Below, in pieces: positions 1 through 12,585 of a stretch of DNA of 64,000 nucleotides; within the stretch, counting starts at the first letter, position 1, and every line of letters begins with the position of its first letter. The notes beneath the pieces are model-generated. The model saw nothing but the letters and a program-made list of their open reading frames with translations, ran no database searches and had not been told where the DNA came from. The stretch comes from Chiloscyllium plagiosum (taxonomy: Eukaryota): assembly GCF_004010195.1 (NCBI RefSeq), contig NC_057719.1, positions 55,572,000-55,635,999 of the forward strand, read 5' to 3'. The position numbers and the translations under genes were made by a program.

Positions 1-156
1 GGACGGTGAGTTTGGAGGCGGTGGATGGGAGATCCCCTGAGGAGATGAGGTTATGGATGGTCTGGGAGATGATGGTTTGGTGGTGGGAGGTGGGGTCATG
101 GTCAAGGAAGCAGTAGGAGGAGGTGTCCGCGAGCTGGCGTTTAGCCGCAGCGGTGT
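1..156 (-). mobile_element. Penelope-like element RT-region fragment (truncated by window edge)
   Basis: Aligns by eye with 21481-21640 of the Penelope element in this window (shared gggagatc..ctgagg..gatgagg..tggtctgggagatgat..ggggtcat..cagtagga). Confidence 0.75.
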
Positions 157-1142
157 CAAGATCGGAGGTGGTGAAGGAGTGGTCAGGGGACCTCGTGGAA
201 TGTGGTATTAATGAACAGAAAGATGCAACAAAAAGAGAAAATGCGGACACTATGATGGGGAAGGTTAAAGATTAACAGAGGAGAGACCAAAAGAACCTAT
301 AAGACCATCAAAGGGACAGGGGATGACAGTATGGGAGGATTCAGGATGCAGGAATCAAGGGGAAATTAAGGTGTTTTGTTATATCACATGTAGGTTAACT
401 AAGCAATTCCTCATTCACTCTGTGCAATAGAAATGGGAGGTGCCTCACTCCTGGTAACACACACTCATGGACAGTGCAATGACCAAAATATATGTCAAGT
501 GTAACAAAACCAATAAAAAAGTGACTTAGACTAAGTGAGGGATTGCGCATGAAAATAGTGTACTCATAACAACATAACAGGTTTCATGAATCAACCTGTC
601 ATCACACCAAGTCCCCAATCAGCTTGGGTAATGCATTGAAGCCTGAGCTGAGGGGTAACTCTCACTCAGCAACACCAGGGGTGGGGAAGGGGAAAAGGGC
701 CATGTAAAGCCATGTAAGAGCCATCATAGCCTGGGTGACTAAATCTCAATGGCTGGGAGTTGGAAGCAGTGTAAAACCAAGTTGTAAGGCTGTGTCGCAG
801 AAGATAACGAAGCCACTAAGACTGACAGTGAGCTACATGTCACATAAACGGAATGCACTCCAATGATAAAGCTACAAATTGCTCACACATGGCTGTCAGA
901 GGGAGAGGGTAACTGGTCAAGGTTCATGCAGGATGGCCCTTACTATGCTGTGGTGTAGCAGGGTAGACTTTCACCAAGAGTAAGAGCAACCTGATTAGAG
1001 TGCAAGTTAGGGGTAGGAGGGGGAGATATTAGGAAGAAACCAACCAAATCTTTCTGCTCACAGGTGCACGTTCCTTGCAAGGTTTTTGGCCAGTTGACCC
1101 AGTAACTGGCTTTGGCTCACCAAAGGAGGAGGTCAGTCACCT

Positions 1143-1447
1143 GGGCAGCAGGGTGGCACAGTGGTTAGCACTGCTGCCTCACAGCGCCAGAGACCCGGGT
1201 TCAATTCCCACCTCAGGCGACTGACTGTGTGGAGTTTGCACGTTCTCCCCATGTCTGCGTGGGTTTCCTCCGGGTGCTTCTGTTTCCTCCCACAGTCCAA
1301 AAAATGTGCAGGTCAGGTGAATTGGCCATGCTAAATTGCCTGTAGTGTTAGGTGAAGGGGTAAATGGGTCTGGGTGGGTTATGCTTTGGTGGGTCGGTGT
1401 GGACCTGTTGGGCTGAACGGCCTGTTTTCACACTGTAAGTAATCTAA
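1143..1447 (+). mobile_element. HE1-type tRNA-derived V-SINE
   Basis: Head tggcacagtggttagc (A-box-like) and gggttcaattccc (B-box), central gtgtggagtttgcacgttctcccc..gggtttcctccggg, tail ggcctgttttcacactgtaagtaatctaa. Many copies in the window. Confidence 0.9.
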
Positions 1448-2825
1448 CCTTGGCTTCAGGACCTCTCTGCAGGAGTTCCTCAGGGTAGTGTCGAGTCTGA
1501 ACTGTCTTCAGATTCTTTACTATTGACTTTCCTCTATCATGATTGCACAATGTTCAATACCATTTGTGACTCCTCAGATATTGAAGCAACACAGAAAGAC
1601 CTGGACAATATTCAGGTTTGGGCTGAAAGGTGACAAGTAACATTCATTTACATGGCTCCTTGCTGAGGAAAGGCTGTCAACATCATCAAAGACCCATCGT
1701 ACCCTGTTAATGATCTCCTGCAACATCCTCCATCAGGCAGATGATCCAAAAGCCTGGATACACACACCAGCTGGGCCAGGGACAACTTCTTCCCAGCCGT
1801 TACTAGACTGCTGTGCTTTTCCAGCACCACTCTATTCTTGACTCTAATCTCCAGCATCTGTAGTACCCACTTCTGCCTGATGAATGAACTCAAATGATGC
1901 TGACTTTGCTAATGTTGATCTTGCCTAGTGCCCTCCTTGTGTAGTGTAACCTGTACACCTCTATCTAAGTCTTTGTGATCTGTCCATCCTTGCTTACAAT
2001 GATCTGCTTGTACTGCTCAAAAACAAAGCTTTTCACTGTACCTCAGTACACGTGATAATAAATCAATCAGTCAATGAATCATGGCACACAAATGTCAGGT
2101 GATATGCATTTCCAATAAGACACAATGTAACCATTATCTCTTGATATTTATTTTCAGCTCTAAACCAAAATGGATGAAAGAATAAAAGTAAGAATAATGC
2201 AAAACTAACAAGGGTTCTAATACTAGCCATACAAATATAATGGCTACAACAGCAGATCAGAGGCTAGGAATCTTTCAGCAAGTTGCTCATCTCTTGTCCC
2301 CAGTGCCTATCCACCATCTGTCAAATAAAAGTCAGGAATGTGATGGAATATTCTTCACTTGCCTGGATGAATGCAGCTACGGCAACACCAAAGAAACTTC
2401 ACACCATTTCAGATAAAGCATCTGATCTGATTGGCAACATTCATTTCCTTCTCCACTGACGCAATGGCTGCAGAATATACTATCAACAAGATGCACTGCA
2501 GAAATTCACCAAATCTCTCTAGACAGCACCTTCTAAATCCATGACCACTACAATTTAAGACAAGGGAAAGAGATACATAGGAACACCACCACCTGAACGT
2601 TTCCCTCCAAGTCACTCACTCACTATCCTGACTTGGAAATATACTGTTGTTCTATCAGTTTCACTGAGTTAATATTGTCACTTAACAACATTATGTGTGC
2701 ACTTATACATGAATGGGCTGCAATAGTTAATGAATGCCTTTCATCGACCAACTTCTTAAAAGCAATTAGGGATGGGAAATAAATGCAGGCCCAGCCAGCA
2801 ATGCCCACATCCCAAGAATGAATAC
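1448..2825 (+). mobile_element. Decayed CR1/L2-group LINE 3' part, interrupted by a Rex1-like fragment
   Basis: ggagttcctcagggtagtgtc encodes GVPQGSV (RT motif). The 3' tail gcaattagggatgggaaataaatgc..gcccacatcccaagaatgaata is shared with copies at 17003-17070 and 40495-40560 (minus). Confidence 0.7.
1655..2078 (+). mobile_element. Rex1/Babar-like LINE 3' end
   Basis: Encodes NIIKDPSYP..PSGR..NFFPAVTRL, typical of the Rex1/Babar ORF C-terminus, and ends aataaatcaatcagtcaat. A short Penelope terminal-repeat piece sits at ~1812-1878. Confidence 0.6.
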
Positions 2826-4599
2826 TAAAAACAACACCTTGAGTGGAATATAAAAAAAATGTTTTGTGAAGCTAGGATAGATAATCACGGTGACTTGATT
2901 ACAGTACCGGTAATCCTCGGTATGTGAGTTGAATATTATAATTGGCATACTTTTTTTTGCATTGCTTGAAGTTGCATTTTATGGTGTCAATGCCATGATT
3001 GAATAAAGAAAATGAATCAGTCCTCAAACCTGAGTTACAAGGGTATTGCAATATTCTATATAACCTTTTCTCAAAAGAAGTGTCTAATTACTTTGGGACT
3101 TGTCTCACCGGATGCTTACTGAAATCTTCCTTCTGTGAAAGTAGGAAAAGGCCCGAAGAAATTTCCTCAGAAAATAATTTAACCTTCTTCCTAGGCAACA
3201 GAATGAAGGAGCTGCAAATTCTACAAGTGACAGGAATGCCAAAGGACTAAGAGATTATAGATTGCACTACATGACTCTGCATACACCCTGCACAAAGTCG
3301 CTGTCATATAAATCACAAATGATTCAACTACTTCAATGTGCAGCTCATTTGCAATCATCATCACATGATTATGCAAGTCAATACCCCAATCCCAGGAGCT
3401 GCGTTGGCACCTTCATTTGAAAGTATTTTAACCCGGTATGAATATTTGATCCAGAAAGCTGACTGTAATATCAAAGTTATCGCCTTCAGTCATGGTTCAT
3501 TAATGCATGTGTCATCCCAAGGACATGAACTGAAAACAGGTATGGTAAGTACACATCCTTCTATGGGAGCAATATATTGGTGTTACTTCTCTCTCACTGG
3601 CTCAAAATCCTGCAATTCCCTTTGTAATAGAGGTGGCTACATTTGTTACTTTGTTACTTTGTAACGATGCTCCTCCACCACATAGAGTGTAATGGTTCAT
3701 GAAAGTGTCATCTTCTAAAAGGATGAACAACAAATGGTGGACTTGTCCAGTCCCATGAGAGAGTTTTGAAGAAGAACGCCTGATCTGACTTTTTAGCATA
3801 TTCCCACCTCCAGTTGGTTTTCCAGGGCAGGTTCATGGAAAATTAAGAAACATAGCTGGCTGGGGCAGGAAAGTGATTGAATATATTAAGGAGGCGGTAA
3901 AGGGTCATTTTCCAAGTGAAACCGATCCTTACCAGATAGGAGTGGTTCCATATTGTTTCCATTCTGGCAGGGAGGACAAGCTGAGATTACAGTGGTAGAG
4001 ACTGCAGTAGTCAAAGTGACCAGCTGTCTGAGAGCTTTGATCCGCTGTACTGCCATGCAAAGCACTCCTTTTGTCAGAGAGTGCTACTCCTGCTTGGTAG
4101 GTGTGTGCCAACCACTCAGAAGCCTCTTCACCTGACCAGCACTTCACTCACTCTCAAGATGCATTATTCTGATGCCAGCCTTCTGAGTGACATGGCGGCA
4201 GCTTAAGCAGCTACACTGATTCCCCCTGCCAAGGGTCACAAGGATGCAGCCTACATGTCAATAAGATCTAGCAACAGGAATACCAACAGCTGCTACTACA
4301 CATCCACACATCTCTCAAAAGGGCAGGGGATATTGAAACTAAGATGCAGATTCAAGGAGCTCCAACTGAAAGACTACAAGCAGAAGACCAGTGATCCCAA
4401 TACATGCAAGCAACATGCCTTATGACATTCAGGCTGTGGTAACAGTTACGGCTGACGTTTTCATCCCAGTATTGACAGATGAATATTCTGTGGCACAAAT
4501 AGGTAGGCATGCATTGCCAATACCCAACAAAGCCTCTCATTGCAGACTCACCTGCACATTCCTCAGACGACCTCATCTCTCTGAGTGTCACTGCTTTGT

Positions 4600-5060
4600 G
4601 CAATCTCTTCTCTTCAAAGTAGAGAAAGTAGTGGGTGGAAATGTTAGGAATGATTTGTGCTGAGAGGAGTAAAGGACAGCTGTTGATTGTGATAACTGTG
4701 AGGCACAGGCTGTAAACTGAGGCTGAGTGTGAAGAGAGAGAGAGGGATAAGAGGAGCTGCAGGTTGTCCTGATTTGGAGCATAATGCAGGAGAATGTTGG
4801 GCAACTCAGGATTTGTGACATGACACCTGATAATATTAGGCTGCTTACATGTACCTGGACAAAACTTGTTGCAGAATAAAAGTGTCATGACAGTTGCTAT
4901 CAAAATAAACTCAGGCCTGTATGATGCACAGTTGATCATTTACTTCCAAGTTTCACATGAATGGAATAGAGCCCTTGGCATTCATATAGGCTTTGGAGTT
5001 GTCTACAGAAATCTGAAAGATTCTACACAGTGAACTGAATGCCATCAAATGGCACCAAGC
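4600..5060 (-). mobile_element. PIF/Harbinger transposase remnant
   Basis: The minus strand reads, with frameshifts, YMNAKG.YSIHVKL..DQLCIIQA...SNCHDTFILQ...LHYAP. This matches the HARBI1-type NRKGFYSINVQL..PGSCHDSFIL..LQYSP motifs. Confidence 0.55.
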
Positions 5061-5171
5061 CTTTGGAGAAGTCTGAAATCTGAGAACACCCCAAAAATCC
5101 TATACTATTATTTCTTGGTAACCATAGGAAACCTGAAGAAAGTATTTGCTTAAAAAAAACGTGGCAGTGAT

Positions 5172-5352
5172 AGAACATAGAACATAGAAGAATACAGTGC
5201 AGTACAGGCCCTTCGGCCCTCGATGTTGCACCGATCCAAGCCCACCTAACCTACACTAGCCCACTATCCTCCATATGCCTATCCAATGCCCGCTTAAATG
5301 CCCATAATGAGGGAGAGTCCACCACTGCTACTGGCAGGGCATTCCATGAACT
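5172..5352 (-). mobile_element. CR1 (HER1-like) LINE 3' fragment
   Basis: (agaacat)n tail, caggcccttcggccctcgatgttg and ggcagggcattcca. Confidence 0.8.
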
Positions 5353-6340
5353 AATCCATCACCTGTCTAATGCAAATATTAACTTCAGATTGAGTGATGA
5401 TACTGGTATTCCTTACAAATGTCTGAAAGAAGCCAGAAGCAAAACATTTGAGCACTGTATTAACCTTGCAATAGAATATACAAACTGAAAAATAATCAGC
5501 TCAGGGATAGAGGATTGTTCAGTATTGATCATATATTTCTGACTATCTTGGAAAGGCTGTAAAAATATTGTGTTGACAGGTCCTTTAGCTCAAGTTAAAC
5601 TATCAATTATTTGTTGAGATAAAGAAATTCAGAATACAAAGTTAAATCTAGAGATAAAATGATCAAATCAGTATTTAACTACTTCCAATATTTAACTACC
5701 AACAATTAAATAATTTCAAGATGCTTTTCTTTAGAGCCCCTCAAGTGGAGTTTATTCAAATAAATTCACACTCCATAATTCAGAGTTCTGTATCTTCATA
5801 GTGACTTAAAATTATAGTTGATGTGAGTGAACTACAGAAAGGGTGAAAACGTGCATATTATTTTCAGCTGTGAGATCAATTATTCAACTTGGATCAAAGG
5901 CATAAGTAACAGCCTGGAACATTGACACTTGTGAGGAGCAAACATTCAAGTCTCACATGCAGAAGAACTGAAATTTTGAGACAATGTCTGTTATCTGACT
6001 AATTACCAGATCACATAAATAGGAAGAGTTTGTGAACATCTTCTTAGATAGCCTCATCAGAGAAGATAGTTTCCATTTTAATTATAATTAGTTCAACTTC
6101 ATTGATATTTGTCTTATATAATTGAAGCAACGAGGATGAAAAAATATAATACTACAATAATATTATAATGATGGCAAGAGGACCAATAAGGGATGAACAG
6201 ATACCAACACATATAATGAGAGAGAGGTGGCAGAGGTATTCAATAACTGTTTCATTTCAGTAGTTACCAGGTTGATAGGACAGATAGACTTGACAATGAA
6301 TGATGAGTGAGCAATGACAAATAATGAGGAAAGTGCATTT

Positions 6341-6620
6341 AGAGTCATAGAGTCATAGAGATGTACAGCACGGAAACAACCCTTCGGTCCAACTCGTCCA
6401 TGCCGACCAGATATACTAAATTAATCTAGTCCCATTTGCCAGCACTTGGTCCATATCTCTCTAAACCCTTCCCATTCATATACCCATCCAGATGCCTTTC
6501 AGATGTTTTAGTTATATCAGCCTCCATCGCTTCCTCTGGCAGTTCATTCCCTACATGCACCGCCCTCTGTGTGAAAAAGTTGCTCCTTAAGTCTCTTTTA
6601 AATCTTTCCCCCTCACCCTA
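6341..6620 (-). mobile_element. CR1 (HER1-like) LINE 3' fragment
   Basis: (agagtcat)n tail, ggaaac..cccttcggtccaactcgtccatgccgacc and ggcagttcattcc..ctctgtgtgaaaaagttgc. Confidence 0.85.
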
Positions 6621-7494
6621 AAAAAAACAAAAAGGAAGATGTGTTGAATTCAAGCAAATTCAAAGAGGATAAAGGAGCCCCAAGTACAGATAGAATGTAA
6701 ACAGGTATTTTTAAATATTAATGGAGAAATTAGAGGCATTAATATGCAAATTTAACAGATTACTTGGAACAGATATAGCGCAAGAAGGGAACCAAAGAAT
6801 AAAAAAAAGTAACTCCTATACTTGGGAATGAGTACAGGATATATCCAGGGAATTGAAGACCAATCAGACTAAAATCAACAGTTGGGAACATAATGGAATC
6901 ACAACAAAATGAGACAACAGATGAGGATTTCAAAACAAAAAAATTATTTGTGATAACAAATAACAGCTGTACCAAACTTGTTGAATGTTTTGAGAGACAA
7001 CAAAGCGAATAGGGACCAGTTAGTTCAGTTGGTTGGAAGTACATCAAATTAACACCAACAACACAAGGCTTGATCATTAGTCTGCTAAGATCAATCTGGG
7101 AATTTCCGTCTCATGATGCCCAGAGTAAAAAGTCATGTTCTTTGCCATGGCTCAGTAATTAATTGCTAAGGATTTGTCTTTGGGCAGAGAACAAAAGAAG
7201 GAGAACAGAAAGAATAGACAATGGTAATGCAGAATTTTCAAAAGATTCTTGATAAGCTGCGTCATAATGGACTAATGAACAAAGTCAGAGAATGTGGACA
7301 AGTGGCAAAGTAGATTATTAGTTGACTTCAAGACAGAAAGCATAGAGTGGGCGGAAAGGCTGAGTATTCAGAGTGGCAGAGTGGTGTTCCAAAAAAAAAC
7401 AGTTTTGATACAATCTACGTTAATGATTTTGACTCCAAATTGGTAGGCAGAGGAGATCATCAATACTGAGGAGGATTATAACAAATTGCAGGTT

Positions 7495-7637
7495 GCAGGA
7501 GAATCGACGTTTCGGGCATGAGCCCTTCTTCAGGAACGTCAATTCTCCTGCTCCTTGGATGCTGCCTGACCTGCTGCGCTTTTCCCGCAACACATTTTCA
7601 GCTCAGATCTCCAGCATCTGTAGTCCTCACTTTCTCC
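7495..7637. mobile_element. Short Penelope terminal-repeat fold-back insert with hammerhead motif
   Basis: The minus strand at 7501-7536 reads ttcCTGAAGAagggctcatgcccGAAAcGTCgattc. Flanked by an ataacaaat repeat. Confidence 0.75.
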
Positions 7638-7742
7638 ATAACAAATATCAGATTGGGCAAGTAATTGGCAAATTAAGTTCAATACACATAAATGTGAGTA
7701 CTACCTGCTGGTAGGAAGAATAAGAAGTTACTCAGTACTTAA

Positions 7743-8505
7743 AACATAGAACATTACATCGCACTACAGGCCCTTCAGCCGTTGATGTTGCGCCGACCTG
7801 TGAAACCAATCTGAAGCCATCTATCCCACACTATTCCATTCTCTGTCCATATGTTTATCCAATGACCATTTAAATGCCCTTCACGTTGGCGAGTCTACTT
7901 CTGTTGCAGGGGTGCATTCCACACCCATACTACTCTTTGATTAAAGAAATTACATTTGACATCTGTCCGATATCTATTACCCCTCATTTTAAAGCGATGT
8001 CCCCTTGTGCCAGCTACCACCATCCGAGGAGAAAGGCTCTCATTGTCCACCCTATCTAACTCTCTGATTATCTTATGTAACAACTAAGTCACCTAACAAA
8101 AACAGCCTCAGGTCCCTCAGCCTTTCCTCACAAGACCTTCCCTCCACACCAGGCAACATCCTAGGAAATCTCCTCTGAATCCTTTCCAAAGCTTCCATAT
8201 CCTTCCTAAAATGCAGTGACCAGAACTGTACACAATACTCCAACTGCCCCAGAGTTTTGTAAACTGCAGCATGACCTTGTGGTTCCAAAACACAATCCTT
8301 CTACCAATAAAAGCTAACACACCGTATGCTTTCTTAACAACCCTATCAATCTGAGGGATAACTTTCAGGGATCTATGTACATGAACTCTGCTCATCTACA
8401 CTACCAAGGATCTTACCATTAGCCCAGTACTCTGCATTCCTGTTGCTCTTTTCAAAGTGAATCACCTCACACTTTTCCACATTAAACTCTATTTGCCACC
8501 TCTTA
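7743..8505 (-). mobile_element. CR1 LINE 3' ORF2 fragment
   Basis: ORF pieces LEYCVQFWSLHFRKDMEALERIQRRFPRMLPG, RGHRFKMRG..FFNQRVV..WNA and WQIEFNVEKCEVIHF. Confidence 0.9.
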
Positions 8506-8509
8506 GAAT

Positions 8510-8652
8510 ATGGTGGAGCACCTGGAGGAAACTCATGCGCACACAGGAAGAACATGCAAACTCCACACAGACAGTTGTCTGAGGCTGGAATCAAACCCAA
8601 GTCCCTGGTGTTTTGAGGCAGCAGTGCTAACTACTGTGCCCCTGTGCCGCCC
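8510..8652 (-). mobile_element. HE1-type SINE fragment
   Basis: ggagcacctggaggaaac..caaactccacacagacag..gaggcagcagtgctaac. Confidence 0.85.
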
Positions 8653-8845
8653 AAACAATTCTGCAGCAGAAGGGAGTTCACCGGCAATTTTTGGATGGTT
8701 TACAGATAATTATAAAATAACTTGGCAGTTAGTTGTTCTTTGGTACATTTTCCATCATAAAGTCTCAACCTGTGTCAACCCAATCAACACATTCCTCTCA
8801 TGCAATACGAATTGTTGTCCCTTCTCAATTTGGTATTCTTGTGTC

Positions 8846-8879
8846 TGTCCTGATGAGTGCAAGTTGAAAAGCTTCAACA
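8846..8879 (+). ncRNA. Degenerate minimal hammerhead ribozyme motif (family D)
   Basis: tgtc-CTGATGA-gtgcaagtt-GAAA-agct-TC-aaca: core boxes plus a palindromic AAGCTT stem III. Stems I and II are imperfect. Confidence 0.45.
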
Positions 8880-9082
8880 ACGTGTCTCTTTCTCAGCAAC
8901 ACTCGAAATCTGTCCCACCATGCAACCATTTACATTATAAGAAAACCACAGAATATTCCAAAACCTCAGATTGTCTGACAGTATCTTTGAAGAGAAGAAG
9001 AGTTCATGGTCCAGATCAGTGACCTATAATTAGAAATCTTCTGGTGCAGGATTTTCAACCTGAAGCTTTCCATTTTGCTCCG

Positions 9083-9425
9083 TTCAGTGGTTAGCACTGC
9101 TGCTTCACAGCGCCAGGGACCCAGGTTCAATTCCAGTCTTGGGTAACTGGTTGTGGAGACATTCTCCCCATGACTGCATAGATTTTCACTGGGTGTTCCG
9201 GTTTCCTCCCATAGTCCAAAGATCAGCAGGTTAGGTGGATTGGCCATGCTTAATTACCCCATGGTGTCCAGGGATGTGCCGTCTAGGTGGATTAGCCATG
9301 GGAAATGTGGAGTAAGGCTGGGTGGGAGGTGGGGCGTGTCTGGATGGGATCCTGTTCAGAGGTCATGCAGACTCAATGGGCCGAATGGCTTCTTTCATCA
9401 CTGTAGGAATTCTATGACTCTGTGA
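9083..9425 (+). mobile_element. HE1-type SINE
   Basis: tcagtggttagcactgctgcttcacagcgccagggacccaggttcaattcc followed by the V-domain and tail. Confidence 0.85.
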
Positions 9426-10569
9426 TATGATACAGACAAAGTGTGTGATTACATTTGTTTCCAAAGCTGGATCTTGCTGAAATGTGTCTCCAGTCTGTAA
9501 CTCAAGGGGTACTACTTTGCAACAAACATGGCTCTACCATCTTTACCTCCTCTGAGACAAGTACTAGAAGGATTGCAGGTGGACCATATTTCAACTGCCT
9601 TGCCCATGGCTATTGAAGTCTAAAGCGGGACTGAAATCTGGAACATCTGGCTGAGTGACAGGAATGCTACCTTATGCCACCATAAGAGCTGCTAACACTA
9701 TCACTCATGGTAAAATATTTATAAATGCAATCATTAGTCAGATGGAACTACCTCCATGTAACAAGAATGGTTAACTCGTTTTCATTCAAATTGACTATTT
9801 CACAAAATATATTGGTTTCTGAAAACTGTGAATGTGCACACTGATATTTCCCAAGTGGACTCTTTGGAAATATTAACTGAAAAATGCTGCTTTTCAACGC
9901 AAAACCTAAAGCAGCTAGAATTTTGATTCATTTGTTATTGAATGAACTCACCCATAACCTGTTCCTATGTTATTGCATAATTCTAGAACGACATTACTTC
10001 CTTAATTCCAATCAAGTGATGCTGATACAAGTTATGGTTCATTATGATTTAGTCCATAAAGTATATATCACAGATAGTCAGTTTCGTATTGAGTCAGATA
10101 TCTGAAGTTTATTTACAATGTTATTTATAAGGCTATGATAAAACAGACTGACACACTGTCTAAATTCCATGCTTATTGGTAAGACTATAATATATACCCA
10201 TAATAAGCTGATTACTTTGATTCCACTACACAGCATGATTCCAGATGAGGTAAATACCGTTACCTCCGAATGTCATGTTGTATTGTTTAATTTTCTTAAA
10301 GGTACTTTGCCTGAGTGGTCTGGAATCTGTGTCATCAAGTAATTCTCCTGATTTTCCCGGTAAAGAATGGGAATTCTTTTCTGACAACATGTATAAGGAT
10401 GCACATTATATTATTCCCTCTATACATTCTGATAACATCTTCGTGAACATATGACATAAAAGGGTCTGAACCGTATACAGATGGTTATTTCAGCTTATTG
10501 GTATAGCTTTATTGATATCTTCAATATCCAAGTCATCATCCTGTGCAGTTAACAATTTGTATTTCAGAT

Positions 10570-10975
10570 ATAGAGTCATAGACATAAAGGCACAGAAAAA
10601 GAGCCTTCAGTCATCAATACTACGCAGTCCCAAACAAGCACCTCATTATTCTAAACCCGTTTTCTAGCACTTGATCCATAGCCTTGTATGCCTTTGCATC
10701 TGAAATGTATATCTAAATATTTAAATGGTATGACGATTCCTGCCTTCACCACCCCTTCGTGCAGTGAGTTCCAGATTCCCATCACCCTCTGGGTGAAAAA
10801 ACATTTCCTCACATACAGGTCTGCCCCTTGCCTTAAATCAATGCCCCCTGGTCATTGATCCCTCCATAAAGGGGAAGGATTTCTTCCTATCTACCCTGTA
10901 TAAGCCCCTCTTAGCTTTATGCATCTCTATCATGTCCTCCTGTCCCATTAGTCTCCTCTGTTGCAAGAAAAACAA
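10570..10975 (-). mobile_element. CR1 LINE 3' fragment
   Basis: agagtcataga tail and gagttccagattccc..ccctctgggtgaaaa. Confidence 0.75.
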
Positions 10976-11059
10976 AATGAAATGTCATCTGGTTTCTTCA
11001 TATTGCTCATTACTACTTTGTATTGTTCTCTTTTGGTTTCAGATTCCAGCATATGAAAA

Positions 11060-11340
11060 CATATTTTTAAGGTGAGAGAAGAACTATTTAAAAGGGATCT
11101 AAGAAACAATTTTTTCACCCAGAGAGTGGTTCACATGTGGAACGAACTGCCAGAGGAAGGGGTAAATGCACATACAGTTACCACATTTAAGAGACAGCTT
11201 AAAAGTACATGAATAGGAAAAGATTAAAGAGATATGTGCCAAAAGCAGACAAGTGGGACAAGTTTAGTATGGGAAACTTGGTTGGCATGGACAAGTTGGA
11301 CTGAAGTGTATTTTCTATGCTATGTGACTCTATGACTCAA
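11060..11340 (+). mobile_element. CR1 LINE 3' fragment
   Basis: ttttcacccagagagtggttcacatgtggaacgaactgccagagg (FFTQRVVHMWNELPE) and a tgactcta tail. Confidence 0.8.
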
Positions 11341-11479
11341 TAAATGATGGGATGTGATTCAAGGAGTATCACAAATATCTTTTGTTTGGGTCTTAACTAT
11401 TCAATATGTTATTAATGAACTAGATAATGGAATAGAAAACTAAATGTCAAATTTTCATTGATGACAGAAGGGTAGGTGT

Positions 11480-11690
11480 GATGTGGAGGTGCCGGTGTAA
11501 GACAGTTTGGAAGTCATGCAACACCAGCTTGTAGCTCGACAGGTTTGTTTGAAATCACCCACCTTCAGAGCGCTGTTCCTTCATCAGGTGAAGATGAAGG
11601 ACTTCACCTAATGAAGGAGCAGCACTCCAAAAGCTTGTGATTTCAAATAAATCTATTGGACGATAACCTGGTGTTGTGTAACTTCTGACA
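11480..11690. mobile_element. Fold-back Penelope terminal-repeat unit with two degenerate hammerheads
   Basis: Inverted arms around 11590: ..ccttcatcaggtgaag / cttcacctaatgaagg.., and caacaccag / ctggtgttg. Confidence 0.7.
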
Positions 11691-11743
11691 AAGGTCGGTG
11701 GTTTTGTAAGCAGTTTCAATGTAAGTATAAATTATTGATAGCT

Positions 11744-11933
11744 GGATAAAAGCAAATTACTGCAGATGCTGGAATCTGAAACCAAAAGAGAAAATGCTGG
11801 AAAATCTCAGCAGGTCTGGCAGCATCTGTAAGGAGAGAAAAGAGCTGACATTTCGAGTCTAACTGACCCTTTTCTCACCATACAGATGCTGCCAGACCTG
11901 CTGAGATTTTCCAGCATTTTCTCTTTTGGATAC
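11744..11933. mobile_element. Fold-back Penelope-type terminal-repeat unit
   Basis: ccaaaagagaaaatgctggaaaatctcagcaggtctggcagcatctgta and its exact reverse complement. Flanked by an 8-bp repeat tgatagct (11736-11743, 11934-11941). Confidence 0.75.
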
Positions 11934-12261
11934 TGATAGCTTACCCGAATGAGAAAACTGTCAAAAACTGTGTCAATGTAGACAAATGTGAGGTCATAAT
12001 TTTGAGTGAAGGTGTTTTTCCTTAACTCAATTCTAAATGGCTAACCCCTCATGCAAAGACAATACCTCTTATTGTGGACTCACCTAGCAAGGGAATCATC
12101 CTTCCACCCATGATCCAGCTGTCAAGTTCATTAACAATTTTGTATGTTTCACTGAGATCATCTCTCATTGTGCTAAATTCCAAGACCTATTGGTTTAACT
12201 GACTCAAATTCATCTCATAGGATAATCTCCCCATATCAGTGTGGTACAAGTGGAATTGATG

Positions 12262-12585
12262 GATTTCCCAAAGTTTGGAAGCAGGCCATTCAGCCAACTG
12301 TGTCCACTCTGACCCTCCAAAGACCTTCTCACCCAGACTCATCCCCGTAAGCCTGCATTTCCCATGGTTAATCCACATAGCATGGACAATATGGATAAGT
12401 CAGCATGGTCAATCCAACTAACCTGCACATCTTTAGACTTTGGGAGAAAACCACAGCACCCAGAGGAAACCCATGCAGACACAGGCAGAATGTGCAAACT
12501 CTACCCAGTTGGCTGAGGATGGAATCAGACCCAGGTCCCTGGTGCTATGAGGCAGCAGTGTTAACCACTGAGCCACCGTGCTGCT
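12262..12585 (-). mobile_element. HE1-type SINE
   Basis: Reverse complement of the HE1 body: aacctgcacatcttt..gaggcagcagtgttaaccactgagccacc. Confidence 0.85.

Larger units (their letters stand above)
6100..7740 (+). mobile_element. Old, highly decayed CR1 LINE ORF2 fragments
   Basis: Remnants of ..AEVFNNCFISV.., GNxRPIRLKSTVGNIMES, and FQKILDK/ttgataagctgc..tcataat motifs. Interrupted by younger repeats. Confidence 0.5.

Noticed and set aside
1143..1215. tRNA genes at SINE heads (also 9083, 28807, 38440)
   Set aside because: They are tRNA-derived SINE promoters continuing into the SINE body, with no complete cloverleaf.
4352..4939. 195-aa ORF as a host gene
   Set aside because: No recognisable domain. 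It overlaps the frameshifted Harbinger remnant and a (ct)n tract.
8510..9022. 170-aa ORF
   Set aside because: It begins in an antisense HE1 SINE (HTGRTCKLHTDS is the usual spurious SINE translation) and runs through other repeat fragments.
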